From NCBI GenBank assembly GCA_011523505.1, contig WTGP01000046.1, forward strand, positions 5,046 through 69,045: a stretch of DNA of 64,000 bases. Direction: 5' to 3'. The DNA comes from Gammaproteobacteria bacterium. GTDB taxonomy: Bacteria; Pseudomonadota; Gammaproteobacteria; Steroidobacterales; Foliamicaceae. The position numbers and the translations under genes are program-made. Under the pieces are notes generated by a model. It saw only the letters and a list, made by a program, of their open reading frames with translations, did no database searches and had not been told where the DNA came from. Shown piece after piece: positions 53,147-61,719 of this stretch (position 1 is the stretch's first letter; every line of letters starts with the position of its first letter).

Positions 53147-55537
53147 TCAGAAGTTGTACACCGCACGCACGCCGAAGGTCCGCTTTCTTGCCAGCGAATA
53201 GCGGATTTCATTGGATCTCGCCACGGTGATCAGATCGTTGCCGATCACGGCGCTCGGCGGGCTGTCTTCCTCGAACAGGTTGGTGCCGAACGCTTCCACC
53301 GTCAGGGCGTCGGAACGAAGGCCCAGCCTCAGGTTGAAGATGTCCTGCGGCGCCACCCAGGCTTCATTGGTGTAATCGACGAAATACTTGCCCAGGTGGG
53401 CGTAATCGACCCGGGCGAACCAGTTGTAGTTGTCCGTGAGCGCGTCTTCGTAATCGGCGGACAGTGTCCACGTCCACTTCGAAGCCGACGGCAACCGGCT
53501 TCCGTCGCAGTTGTTGTCGCCGCGCACGTTCACGCCGTCGCCGCACACGAAATTCTTCACTTCGGAATCCGCCAGACCCAGTGAACCGGACAGCGTCAGG
53601 TTCTCGGTCGGGGCGGCATCGAACTCGAACTCGAAGCCCTGCAGGTCCGCTTCGCCCGTGTTGACGAACACGGACGCCAGGTTGAGCGTCCCGTCCGGAT
53701 TGGTAAACGGAATGGTGATCTGATTCTGGCCATTGCGGTAGGGATCGAAATACACGGCCAGGCGCGTTTGCAGACGGCCGCCCAGCCAGGTCGACTTCAG
53801 GCCTGCCTCGAAGTTGTCCAGCCGTTCCTCCTCGTAGGCAACCGAGGCCCCGAATTGCGCAAACTGGTCGAGGACTACCTGCGGGGAGCCCTGGAGGATT
53901 GCGTTGAAGCCGCCCGGGCGGTAACCGCGAGAGAACAGGACATAGACCATCGAACCCTCCGCGTACTGGTAATCCAGCGATACGCGCGGAGCGAAGCTCG
54001 TGAACTCGGCTTCCAGTGGCTCGCCTCCCGGGGGCTCCGGCGGGTTGCCCGTCGAGTTGATCAACAGTTGCCGCAGCAGTTCGTCCCGCTGGTAGCGGGC
54101 GTCGACGCTCAGCGTCAGCTTCTCGTTGATGTCGTACTGGAGTCCGCCGAATATGGCCGGTGTGGTCGTTTCCGCCTTGGTGATACCGGCTGCAAACAGC
54201 GAGCCGAACACCGAAAGGCCATAAACCGATCCGCCCGGAGAGTAGGAGTCCAGGTAACTGCCGCCCAAAGTCCAGCGCAGCCGCCGGTCCTGCGGCGAGC
54301 TCACGCGCAATTCCTGGCTCCAGTCGCGGAACCGGCTCTGGACGGCAAGCTGCCACCGATTGAACGGCGGCGCGCCGGGAATGACGAAGGACAGCGGGTT
54401 GGGCACGTTGCGCCGGTCCCGGAAGTTCAGATCGATGATCGTCATGTCCTTGTCGGTGTGATAGGCGGTCAGCGCGCTGAACACGTACCCCGACTCGGTG
54501 TCGTAGTCGATGCGCAACGATGCGTTTTCGGCCTCGCGGCCCAGACCCGGCTTGGGCCGGAAACTGGGGTCGAAAATGGTGGCCTGATCCACCGCGTCCA
54601 CCAGGACGGCCCTCGCCTGCTCGTCCAGTGTGTAGTGGCCGGAAATATGACTGGCGGGAAGATCACCCGTATCCGGCAATTCGCCGCAGTAATAACCATG
54701 CATCCGCCCGCCCAGATCGCAATTGAAATCGCCGGTTGAGCCCTTCAAGGCAGCCTGCGCCGGGGGGCCGTCATCGTGTTCCATGTACTGGAAGAACGCC
54801 TTCGCGGACAATCTTTCGTTTGGCCGGAACTGTGCCTGCACAACGAAGGATTCCGTCAGTTCGCCGCCCAGTTCAACGTCGGGATTGGCAAAATTCTTGT
54901 ACTGGCCGCCCTTCTCATCGCGACTGGCGCTGACCCGCACGGCCAGGCCATCCATGATCGGTCCTTCCAGGGCGACCTGTACCAGGGAGGAATCAAAGCT
55001 GGCGGCCGACGCGGTAAGCCGGCCCTGGAACTCTTCGTCGTTAAGGTTCCGCGATACGTAGTTGATGGCGCCGGACAACACCGAACGGCCGAAGTAGGCC
55101 GATTGCGGGCCCTTCAATACCTCCACCCGTTCCATGTCCACCATGGCCGGAGCCTGACCTCCCAGCAGGGGCGAACCGTCAAGAAACACCAGGCCGCCGG
55201 CCTGCTGCTCCCGGTTCAGGGTGCCCAGGTAGAGGCCGCGAAAAACCAGGGAGCTGGCGGAGCGGTCATTGCGCCCGGATCCGCCGCCGACCTGCTTGAC
55301 GTAGTGGAAACCCGGAGTAAAGGACGCGATTTCGCCCATTTCCGTGAGGTTCATTTTTTCCAGCGTTGCCGCCGACATGGCGGAAATCGCCAACGGGGCC
55401 TCCATCAGGTTTTCCTCGACCTTGCGGGCGGTAACCACGATTTCCTCAAGCGCGGGTTCCTGCGCCAAAGATGTTTGCGCAAACGTTGCGAAGACAATGG
55501 CGCCGGCTACGGCGGCCAGCCTGATTGACATTTTCAT
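53147..55537 (-). CDS. TonB-dependent receptor (T4)
   Basis: I prefer the ATG at 55537 (MKMSIRLAAVAGAIVFATFAQTSLAQ) with SD agaggga. Plug EEIVVTARKVEENLMEAPLAISAM, C-terminal ...GVRAVYNF. It is a paralogue of T3. Confidence 0.9.
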   Translation of the reverse strand: MKMSIRLAAVAGAIVFATFAQTSLAQEPALEEIVVTARKVEENLMEAPLAISAMSAATLEKMNLTEMGEIASFTPGFHYVKQVGGGSGRNDRSASSLVFRGLYLGTLNREQQAGGLVFLDGSPLLGGQAPAMVDMERVEVLKGPQSAYFGRSVLSGAINYVSRNLNDEEFQGRLTASAASFDSSLVQVALEGPIMDGLAVRVSASRDEKGGQYKNFANPDVELGGELTESFVVQAQFRPNERLSAKAFFQYMEHDDGPPAQAALKGSTGDFNCDLGGRMHGYYCGELPDTGDLPASHISGHYTLDEQARAVLVDAVDQATIFDPSFRPKPGLGREAENASLRIDYDTESGYVFSALTAYHTDKDMTIIDLNFRDRRNVPNPLSFVIPGAPPFNRWQLAVQSRFRDWSQELRVSSPQDRRLRWTLGGSYLDSYSPGGSVYGLSVFGSLFAAGITKAETTTPAIFGGLQYDINEKLTLSVDARYQRDELLRQLLINSTGNPPEPPGGEPLEAEFTSFAPRVSLDYQYAEGSMVYVLFSRGYRPGGFNAILQGSPQVVLDQFAQFGASVAYEEERLDNFEAGLKSTWLGGRLQTRLAVYFDPYRNGQNQITIPFTNPDGTLNLASVFVNTGEADLQGFEFEFDAAPTENLTLSGSLGLADSEVKNFVCGDGVNVRGDNNCDGSRLPSASKWTWTLSADYEDALTDNYNWFARVDYAHLGKYFVDYTNEAWVAPQDIFNLRLGLRSDALTVEAFGTNLFEEDSPPSAVIGNDLITVARSNEIRYSLARKRTFGVRAVYNF

Positions 55538-55600
55538 CAATGTGTTCCCTCTTCGTGCTTCGATATCCGGCAGTCCGTTGCCGCAGGGTAGGGAGAGGCG

Positions 55601-55614
55601 CTCAAGATCTTGAG
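55601..55614. promoter_or_regulatory. Perfect 14-bp palindrome CTCAAGATCTTGAG in the T4 leader
   Basis: Read directly, 64 nt upstream of the T4 start. Function unknown. Confidence 0.3.
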
Positions 55615-55691
55615 ACCACCTCACACGCGCCGGTCAATATAGACTGTTTTGAGCGTCCTTCGCGGCTGAATGGACGCAAAGTAGGGCAAGT

Positions 55692-55707
55692 ATTCCAATT
55701 TTGGAAT
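55692..55707. promoter_or_regulatory. Box 3 of the palindrome family (ATTCCAATTTTGGAAT)
   Basis: Read directly. It lies in the gap between PhyH and T4, touching the PhyH stop codon, 155 nt upstream of the T4 ATG. Confidence 0.65.
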
Positions 55708-56537
55708 CATCCGGCTGATCCGACATCGGTCCGCCGCCAGATCACGGGGAAGAATTTCCCCGACGGAGGCTCGCCTTCCGGCAGGGCGTCCACCCCGGGA
55801 ATGGAGGCCTTGTAGGGGGCCGGATACCAGCGCACGTCGTCGCCGAAGACCCGCACCGCCAATCCCGTGCGCGGTCTGGCGCTCGAATGGTTCCCCTGTG
55901 AGAAATGAGGTGTGGACGGGTGGAAAACGACCGCGTCGCCCGGTTCCATGTCGAACGAGACGAACCGGAACGGAAAGTCCGGATTGTTCCGTTCCTTCTC
56001 GAAGTCGGGACAGAGCCCGTCGGCCTGATCGGGCGCGAACCCGAAATGCAGGTCGTTTTCCACGCAATGCCGATGAAACCCGGCCACATATTCCACGCGT
56101 CCGTTCTCACGGTCCACCGGGGTCAGCGCGACCCAGATGTTGGGGGCCATCTCGCCCGTGACCGGCCATGCGGTTTCGTCGCAGTGCCAGACCATCACCT
56201 TGGTGGAACCGGGCGGCTTGTGGAACAGGTGATCGTGATAAGCGCGTATGGTGTCCGCTCCGATGACACGACCAACAACCTCCCCGACGGGCGAATTCAG
56301 GACGAAATCCCGGAACACGCCCGGCTGGCGCCACATGAAGCACACGGACGCCATCGATGCGCCGTGCGAGGGTCCGGGAATACCGTAGTTTTCCGGATCC
56401 TTCAACAGCCGGTCCACTTCCTGCCCTAACCGCTCGATCCATTGCCGATCGAACACCTGTCGAAGGTGAACCACGCCATCCCGCCGGTAGGTGTTCCGGT
56501 GTTCCGCCGTAATCGGGTTGAGGGTAGGCTTATTCAT
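55707..56537 (-). CDS. Phytanoyl-CoA dioxygenase (PhyH)-family Fe(II)/2-oxoglutarate oxygenase
   Basis: 276 aa. YRRDGVVHLRQVF, facial triad WHCDE plus distal VVFHPSTPH, and the basic residue RTGLAVR. Confidence 0.8.
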   Translation of the reverse strand: MNKPTLNPITAEHRNTYRRDGVVHLRQVFDRQWIERLGQEVDRLLKDPENYGIPGPSHGASMASVCFMWRQPGVFRDFVLNSPVGEVVGRVIGADTIRAYHDHLFHKPPGSTKVMVWHCDETAWPVTGEMAPNIWVALTPVDRENGRVEYVAGFHRHCVENDLHFGFAPDQADGLCPDFEKERNNPDFPFRFVSFDMEPGDAVVFHPSTPHFSQGNHSSARPRTGLAVRVFGDDVRWYPAPYKASIPGVDALPEGEPPSGKFFPVIWRRTDVGSAG

Positions 56538-57934
56538 TGACTCTCGTCTTTCGCGATAGAGCGTAACCTCTCAAGCTCATGCTCGCTCAAGTTGTAGCGG
56601 GAGATCGCGGCGATGCTGATCGCCTGCAGCACAAGCGGCAGGACCGCTATGCACAGATAGAGTCCGAGCAGCGCGCTTTCGGTCTGCTCGATCCGCTGGC
56701 CTTCCGTCGCTTCAACGTAGCCCATGGCGCCAAGGAATACGCCCAGGAAGGCGACTCCAAGAGCGCCGGAAATTTTCTCCACGAGAACATAGAGCCCCGT
56801 GAATGCTCCCTCGCGCCGCAGTCCTGTTTTCAGGTAGTCGAATTCCAGTGCGTCGGGCAGCATCGCCTGGGTCAGCAGGAAGGTTCCGCCGCCCGCAACG
56901 CCGATCAGGACCGATCTCAGGATGATCAGGCTGACAGGCTCGCCGGGCCCGGCAAACCACCAGGAAAAATGGGCTACGCCATAAAGCGCCGCTGCGATCA
57001 TGTAGCCGTTCCGTTTCCCCATGCGGCGCGCGACGAAAAGCCAGGCGGGCTGGGAAAGGATAAGCGCCACGCTCAGAACGCCCAGGTACAAGCCGAGCAC
57101 GTCGTCGGTAACCTCAAGGACGTGTTTCGTAAAGTAGGCGGTGGTGGAAACGGCGATCGCCAGCACCAAGAAGTACACCAGCTTGGACACCATGAGCCAA
57201 AGGAAGGGGATGTTCCCGAGAGCCGACTTCAGTTGCTCCTTCAGGGGCGGCTGTTGCAGCCGCTGAACGGTCTGGGGGGCGTGGCGAAGCGACCATACGC
57301 ACACCACCACCGCCACGGCTGCGATGCCCGCCAGTACCCAGGCCATCCGGGCGTGACCTGCCCGGGTTGCGCCCCACCAGGCCAGCAGGGCAGGGCCCAG
57401 GCTCAAGCCGATCAACGAGCCGAACGAGGAAAACACGACCCGGAACGACATGAGCTGGGTGCGCTCGTGATAGCTGGGCGTCAATTCCACGGCCATTGCT
57501 ATATAGGGGATATTGAACATCGTGTACGAAGTAGCGAACAACAGCAGAAAGGCCGACAGGTAGATCAGCAGGGGCGTCCCGCTTGTATCGGGAGTTGTGT
57601 AGAGGGCCGCAACGGAGGCGGCGCACAACAGGCCGCCTGTCGCCAACCACGGCAGCCGCCGGCCCCACCGCGTGGAAATACGGTCCGAGAATGCGCCCAT
57701 CAGCGGGTCGCTGATGGCATCCCAGACCTTCGCGCCGGCGAAGATGAACGCCGCAGTGGCCGCGGCAACGCCCAACGAATCGGTCATGAAACGCAGCAAA
57801 AGGACGTTCGACGACAGGTTCAGGATGGTGATGGGCATCGAACCGAGTCCCCATCCGAGCCGTGTTTTCAGCGGGAGCGTAGCTTTGCCCGGTCCCGCTG
57901 CGCCCCCGTCGTCGCCTGTCCTGATTCCCGGCAT
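56534..57934 (-). CDS. GPH-family MFS symporter
   Basis: DAISDPLMGAFSDRISTRWGRRLPWL is the GPH signature. I prefer the ATG at 57934, 17 nt after the cupin stop. ATGA overlap with PhyH. Confidence 0.85.
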   Translation of the reverse strand: MPGIRTGDDGGAAGPGKATLPLKTRLGWGLGSMPITILNLSSNVLLLRFMTDSLGVAAATAAFIFAGAKVWDAISDPLMGAFSDRISTRWGRRLPWLATGGLLCAASVAALYTTPDTSGTPLLIYLSAFLLLFATSYTMFNIPYIAMAVELTPSYHERTQLMSFRVVFSSFGSLIGLSLGPALLAWWGATRAGHARMAWVLAGIAAVAVVVCVWSLRHAPQTVQRLQQPPLKEQLKSALGNIPFLWLMVSKLVYFLVLAIAVSTTAYFTKHVLEVTDDVLGLYLGVLSVALILSQPAWLFVARRMGKRNGYMIAAALYGVAHFSWWFAGPGEPVSLIILRSVLIGVAGGGTFLLTQAMLPDALEFDYLKTGLRREGAFTGLYVLVEKISGALGVAFLGVFLGAMGYVEATEGQRIEQTESALLGLYLCIAVLPLVLQAISIAAISRYNLSEHELERLRSIAKDESQ

Positions 57935-57951
57935 TCCCGTCCGCGCCACAA

Positions 57952-58476
57952 TCAACCGGGCAGCAGCCGATCCAGGATGGATTCGCCCGGCGCCGGACAC
58001 AGGGACTCGTCAAGTTGCACCGACACTCCGAACTGGCCCTCGGGACCCGCGCCCGACCTGTGGCCGCTGCCGACACAATCCTCGGCGAAAAGAACGTCTC
58101 CGTGACCGAACTCGTGACGGCTTCCGTCCCGCAGCTCGACCACGAGAGTTCCGAATATCGGTATCAGGATGTTGGGCTGGTTGGCCACGTGCCAGTCATA
58201 CATGAAACCGGGCGCGATGGATCCCACGGTCACACGGTCAGCGGGATGCCGGATCAGCAGATGAGGAGGCTGCGGACCTGGACCGGTCACCGGCACTTCC
58301 CGTATTTCAGCTACTCCGCCGGCGTTGGCAAACAGGTTGAAGTATCGCTTCACCCACGGCGGCCCGTCTGCGGCCAGTGCCGGTCCCGCACCACCGCCAA
58401 CGCCGGCGAGCGCCAGCGCCGCGCTCGTGCCCGCAGTCGAGACGAAGGCCCTTCTTGTCGAACTCGATTCGCTCAT
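57952..58476 (-). CDS. Tat-exported small cupin-domain protein
   Basis: I prefer the ATG at 58476 with SD ggagaggga. MSESSSTRRAFVSTAGTSAALALAG is a twin-arginine signal. C-terminal GDVLFAEDCVGSGHRS is a cupin-type motif. Confidence 0.7.
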   Translation of the reverse strand: MSESSSTRRAFVSTAGTSAALALAGVGGGAGPALAADGPPWVKRYFNLFANAGGVAEIREVPVTGPGPQPPHLLIRHPADRVTVGSIAPGFMYDWHVANQPNILIPIFGTLVVELRDGSRHEFGHGDVLFAEDCVGSGHRSGAGPEGQFGVSVQLDESLCPAPGESILDRLLPG

Positions 58477-58556
58477 GACTCCCTCTCCGGCATCTACGCG
58501 TCGGATTCTCCCGCCTATGATGTCGCTTGTCCAATCCATCGCAAGAAGCAAATCGC

Positions 58557-59564
58557 ATGAAAAGAACGGTTCTGTTCCTGGCGCTGTCCGCCCTCGCCGT
58601 TGCAATGATCTTCGTCGGAGTTGCGCGAACAGGGCTACTCGAAGCGAACTATGAAGAAGCGCGGGTTCGCTATGGTTCCCCACCCTCGCAGTTCATGGAA
58701 ATCGATGGGACCGAGTTGCACTACAGAGACGAAGGCAAAGGCCGAGCGCTGGTCCTGTTGCACGGCTCCCGAGGCAATCTTCAGCAGTGGGACGGTTGGG
58801 TTGCCGAACTCGGCGCCGAATTTCGCATCATTCGCCTGGACGCCCTCGGGCATGGTTTGTCGGGCCCCGACGGACGGGACGATTACAGCGCCGAACGGGG
58901 GATTTACCTGTTGCGCGAACTGCTGGCGGCGCTGGGGGTAGAACGATTCATCCTGGGAGGAACCTCCAGCGGCGCCAACCAGGCGGTCCGCTACGCCGCG
59001 ATGTATCCGCAGCAGGTGGAAACGCTGCTGCTTTCGACGGTGCCTCTGCGACTGCCGTCCACGTCACGCACCCGCCTGCTCGATCGCCTGACATTCTGGG
59101 TGCATGACGAAGTGCTCGGAACGAAAGGAACGAACCTGTACTGGCGGGCGTTTCTCCGCAGTATCTACGGCGACCCGGACAAAGTCACGAACGAACTCAT
59201 CGAAAGGTACCGGACGCTCAATACGTTGCCCGGCCAGGAACGACGGTTCCGGAAACGTATCGAAGTGTGGTACGACAGCGGGGGGCCGGAACGCGATTAC
59301 GCTACGGCCGGGACGGTGACGGCGCCAACCTTCATTCAATGGGGCGGCTCCGGTCCGGTGCTGCCGGCTGAATTGTTCTGCGAGATTGCAGCCGCGTTCT
59401 CATCGACATCACCCCGGATGATTCAGTATTCAGACCTGGGGCACAAGCTGATCATGGAGGATGCCGTGCGGACAGCCCGGGACGCTCTTGCCTTCGTCAA
59501 AACCGGCGAAGTCGGAGAAGCATGCGAACCGGCGGATGCCGGCCGAGACGCTACGGCGAAGTGA
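58557..59564 (+). CDS. Membrane-anchored/secreted alpha/beta hydrolase (H3)
   Basis: ATG at 58557 (MKRTVLFLALSALAVAMIFVGV). LHYRDEGKGRALVLLHGS, elbow ILGGTSSGA, distal LGHKLIMED. Confidence 0.85.
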   Translation: MKRTVLFLALSALAVAMIFVGVARTGLLEANYEEARVRYGSPPSQFMEIDGTELHYRDEGKGRALVLLHGSRGNLQQWDGWVAELGAEFRIIRLDALGHGLSGPDGRDDYSAERGIYLLRELLAALGVERFILGGTSSGANQAVRYAAMYPQQVETLLLSTVPLRLPSTSRTRLLDRLTFWVHDEVLGTKGTNLYWRAFLRSIYGDPDKVTNELIERYRTLNTLPGQERRFRKRIEVWYDSGGPERDYATAGTVTAPTFIQWGGSGPVLPAELFCEIAAAFSSTSPRMIQYSDLGHKLIMEDAVRTARDALAFVKTGEVGEACEPADAGRDATAK

Positions 59565-61719
59565 CCGCTGTCTCGCTGTCCGCAAGCCAATGCGCTACCG
59601 CGTTGACCTCGTCGGCGTCGAGCCCCATCGCGTGGCCTTGCATGGATCCCAGGGTCAGTTTTTCCACAAGGACAGCCGCATTGAGCCGGGCCAGTTCGTG
59701 GCGGGAGGGCACGTCCGCGCGTTCCTGATCGTGGCACGCGGCGCAGCGCGCTTCGTATAGTTCCGGACCGTTCGTGGTATCGATGCCTGCTGAGCTGCTG
59801 GCATTGGAAGAGGGGCCGGCCCGCCGTCCATGAAGGCGAGATGCCTTCGCTCCCTGGCGTTCCATGGCGGCTCCCAGCCCGAAGGCCTGAATGCGGTCCG
59901 TTCCCACGAAGACCCTGCCGTCGGTAACGAGCGGTTCGTTGTACTTCCCGCTGGGATACAGCTGTCCGGGGGCGCTGCGCCAGAGGAGCTCCAGGGAAAT
60001 GGCATCGAGCGCGTAGAGCAGGGGCCGCGGCGGGTCCTCACCGTAGAGCGAAGCGGAGCGCGGAACGTTCACATCGAACACCCAAACCACGGCATTGTTG
60101 CGATTGAAGCTGGTGACGACCGGCGACGCCGGATTCCGCAGGATGAGATCCGGCTGAATGGCGTCGAGACGAAGATAGGGCGGCTCGTCCGGATTCACGA
60201 CAATCTCAACCCGCGCCAGACCCGGCGGTATGCTTTCGCTCGACTCTTCGGCGGCCTTCGCGGTGCCCGTCAGGTAGACGAGATGGCGACCGTCGGGAGC
60301 ATTCAGGTATGCCGGCGTGGTGCGGCTCTTGGCGAAATCGCCCATGCCGACGCGATCGCTGTAAGGCCCGAAGACGTTCAACGGCCCGCGCGTCCCAAAA
60401 ATCGGCTGTATGTCCGGGGACAGCAAGGAAGTGTCCGCGCCGGCGCCCTTGATGGGGTCCTCGGCGCAGGCTTGCCGCCTGACGAGGCTTCCGGGCATGC
60501 GTTTTCTGTCCAGGAGATAGGCGTTGCCCTGCTTGCTGCCGCCGTGTATGAGCAACTTCGGGTTCGGCGAGTCCTCCGGGGGCAGGTCCACAAGGATCGG
60601 CGTTCCGCTGCCGAGGTCGATGTCCTGGCCCCCGGCCTGACAATAATTGAAGGGGGCGTAGGTGCCCGCCAGACGCAGCCTGCCTCCGGCTCCCGAGGTC
60701 AGGCGCAGTATGGATTGGCTCCAGTTGCCGTCGCTGTCGGGATACACCCCCTGGTTCCCCATTCCTTCCAGCGCGTTGATGAAGCTGCTGCCGGAGGCAA
60801 CGTATAGATCTCCGTCGGAATCCATCGAGGGCCCGCCCGAAGCCCACAGGCCGCCGACGCCTTCATCCGTGCGGGCGGTTATCGAGAAAGCGCCGGCAAC
60901 GCGCCGTTCAAGCGTGTCGACCGACAGCAGCCAGCCGCTGATCGGCTCGCCGCCGAAAGCCACGTAGAGCCACCGCCCATCGGCGCTGAGATTCAGCGCG
61001 CCGCGCTGCAGCATCGCCACCCCGGACGGGAACCGATTGTCGCCGTTTGCATTGATGCCGGGACTGTTGACAGCCTCCGCCGACAGGTCGAGAGGCCAGC
61101 CGTCCACGCTGGCGCCGCTCGCCAGGTCCAGAGCATGGACGTGCCAGGCCCGGGACTCGTCGCAGCCCACGACATAGATTCGGCCGAGCCGCCGGTCGAT
61201 AACCGGAGTGCTGAGGATGCCTCGCGTGCCGTTACCGCAGGGACGGTCGAGCAGGCGTCGCTGCCAAAGAGTTGCGCCCGCCGGCAGACCGCCGGCCGCC
61301 GAAGCATTGATGGCTGCGATGAAGCCTGTGGCGCTGGCCGCGAAAACCACGTCCAGGCTGTCTGTGCGGCCGGCCTCGCCGGTCACGTCGAGGCCGGAGA
61401 CGTACAGCGGCGCCGCGAACAGCCGTGGCGGCGTCGTGCCCGCGTAACCCAGCGGTTCGGACTCCCAGAGAAGCCCGAAGCTACCGGACTTGACGGCGGC
61501 CGGCGTAAGCAAGCCTTCGTTGTCGTACCAGCCGGTCCTTTGCGCTGTCCCGTGATAGGTGAGATTGTCGGAGCTGAGGCGGGCGTTCCCCGCTTTTGCG
61601 GGGCTGTCGGCGCTGATCAGAATGACCAGAAGGCAGCAGTAAAGACTGCCGCGCAGTGTCAAGGAGACGGCGCGAAAGCGTTTCCGATGACGCCGCGTGG
61701 AGCGGCCGTCAGAGAGCAT
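59551..61719 (-). CDS. Secreted PQQ-like/BamB-like beta-propeller protein fused to a C-terminal class I cytochrome c domain
   Basis: ~720 aa. The signal-like N-terminus ends in SLYCCLLVILISADSPAKA. The long body is rich in Gly/Asp/Trp blades (WHVHALDLASGASVDGWPLDL, GRWLYVAFGG, LYALDAISLELLWRS, DGRVFVGT). The last ~90 aa contain a CAACH haem-c motif and a candidate Met ligand (GSMQGHAMG). The start is uncertain: 61719, 61764 or GTG 61668. Confidence 0.8.
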   Translation of the reverse strand: MLSDGRSTRRHRKRFRAVSLTLRGSLYCCLLVILISADSPAKAGNARLSSDNLTYHGTAQRTGWYDNEGLLTPAAVKSGSFGLLWESEPLGYAGTTPPRLFAAPLYVSGLDVTGEAGRTDSLDVVFAASATGFIAAINASAAGGLPAGATLWQRRLLDRPCGNGTRGILSTPVIDRRLGRIYVVGCDESRAWHVHALDLASGASVDGWPLDLSAEAVNSPGINANGDNRFPSGVAMLQRGALNLSADGRWLYVAFGGEPISGWLLSVDTLERRVAGAFSITARTDEGVGGLWASGGPSMDSDGDLYVASGSSFINALEGMGNQGVYPDSDGNWSQSILRLTSGAGGRLRLAGTYAPFNYCQAGGQDIDLGSGTPILVDLPPEDSPNPKLLIHGGSKQGNAYLLDRKRMPGSLVRRQACAEDPIKGAGADTSLLSPDIQPIFGTRGPLNVFGPYSDRVGMGDFAKSRTTPAYLNAPDGRHLVYLTGTAKAAEESSESIPPGLARVEIVVNPDEPPYLRLDAIQPDLILRNPASPVVTSFNRNNAVVWVFDVNVPRSASLYGEDPPRPLLYALDAISLELLWRSAPGQLYPSGKYNEPLVTDGRVFVGTDRIQAFGLGAAMERQGAKASRLHGRRAGPSSNASSSAGIDTTNGPELYEARCAACHDQERADVPSRHELARLNAAVLVEKLTLGSMQGHAMGLDADEVNAVAHWLADSETAVTSP

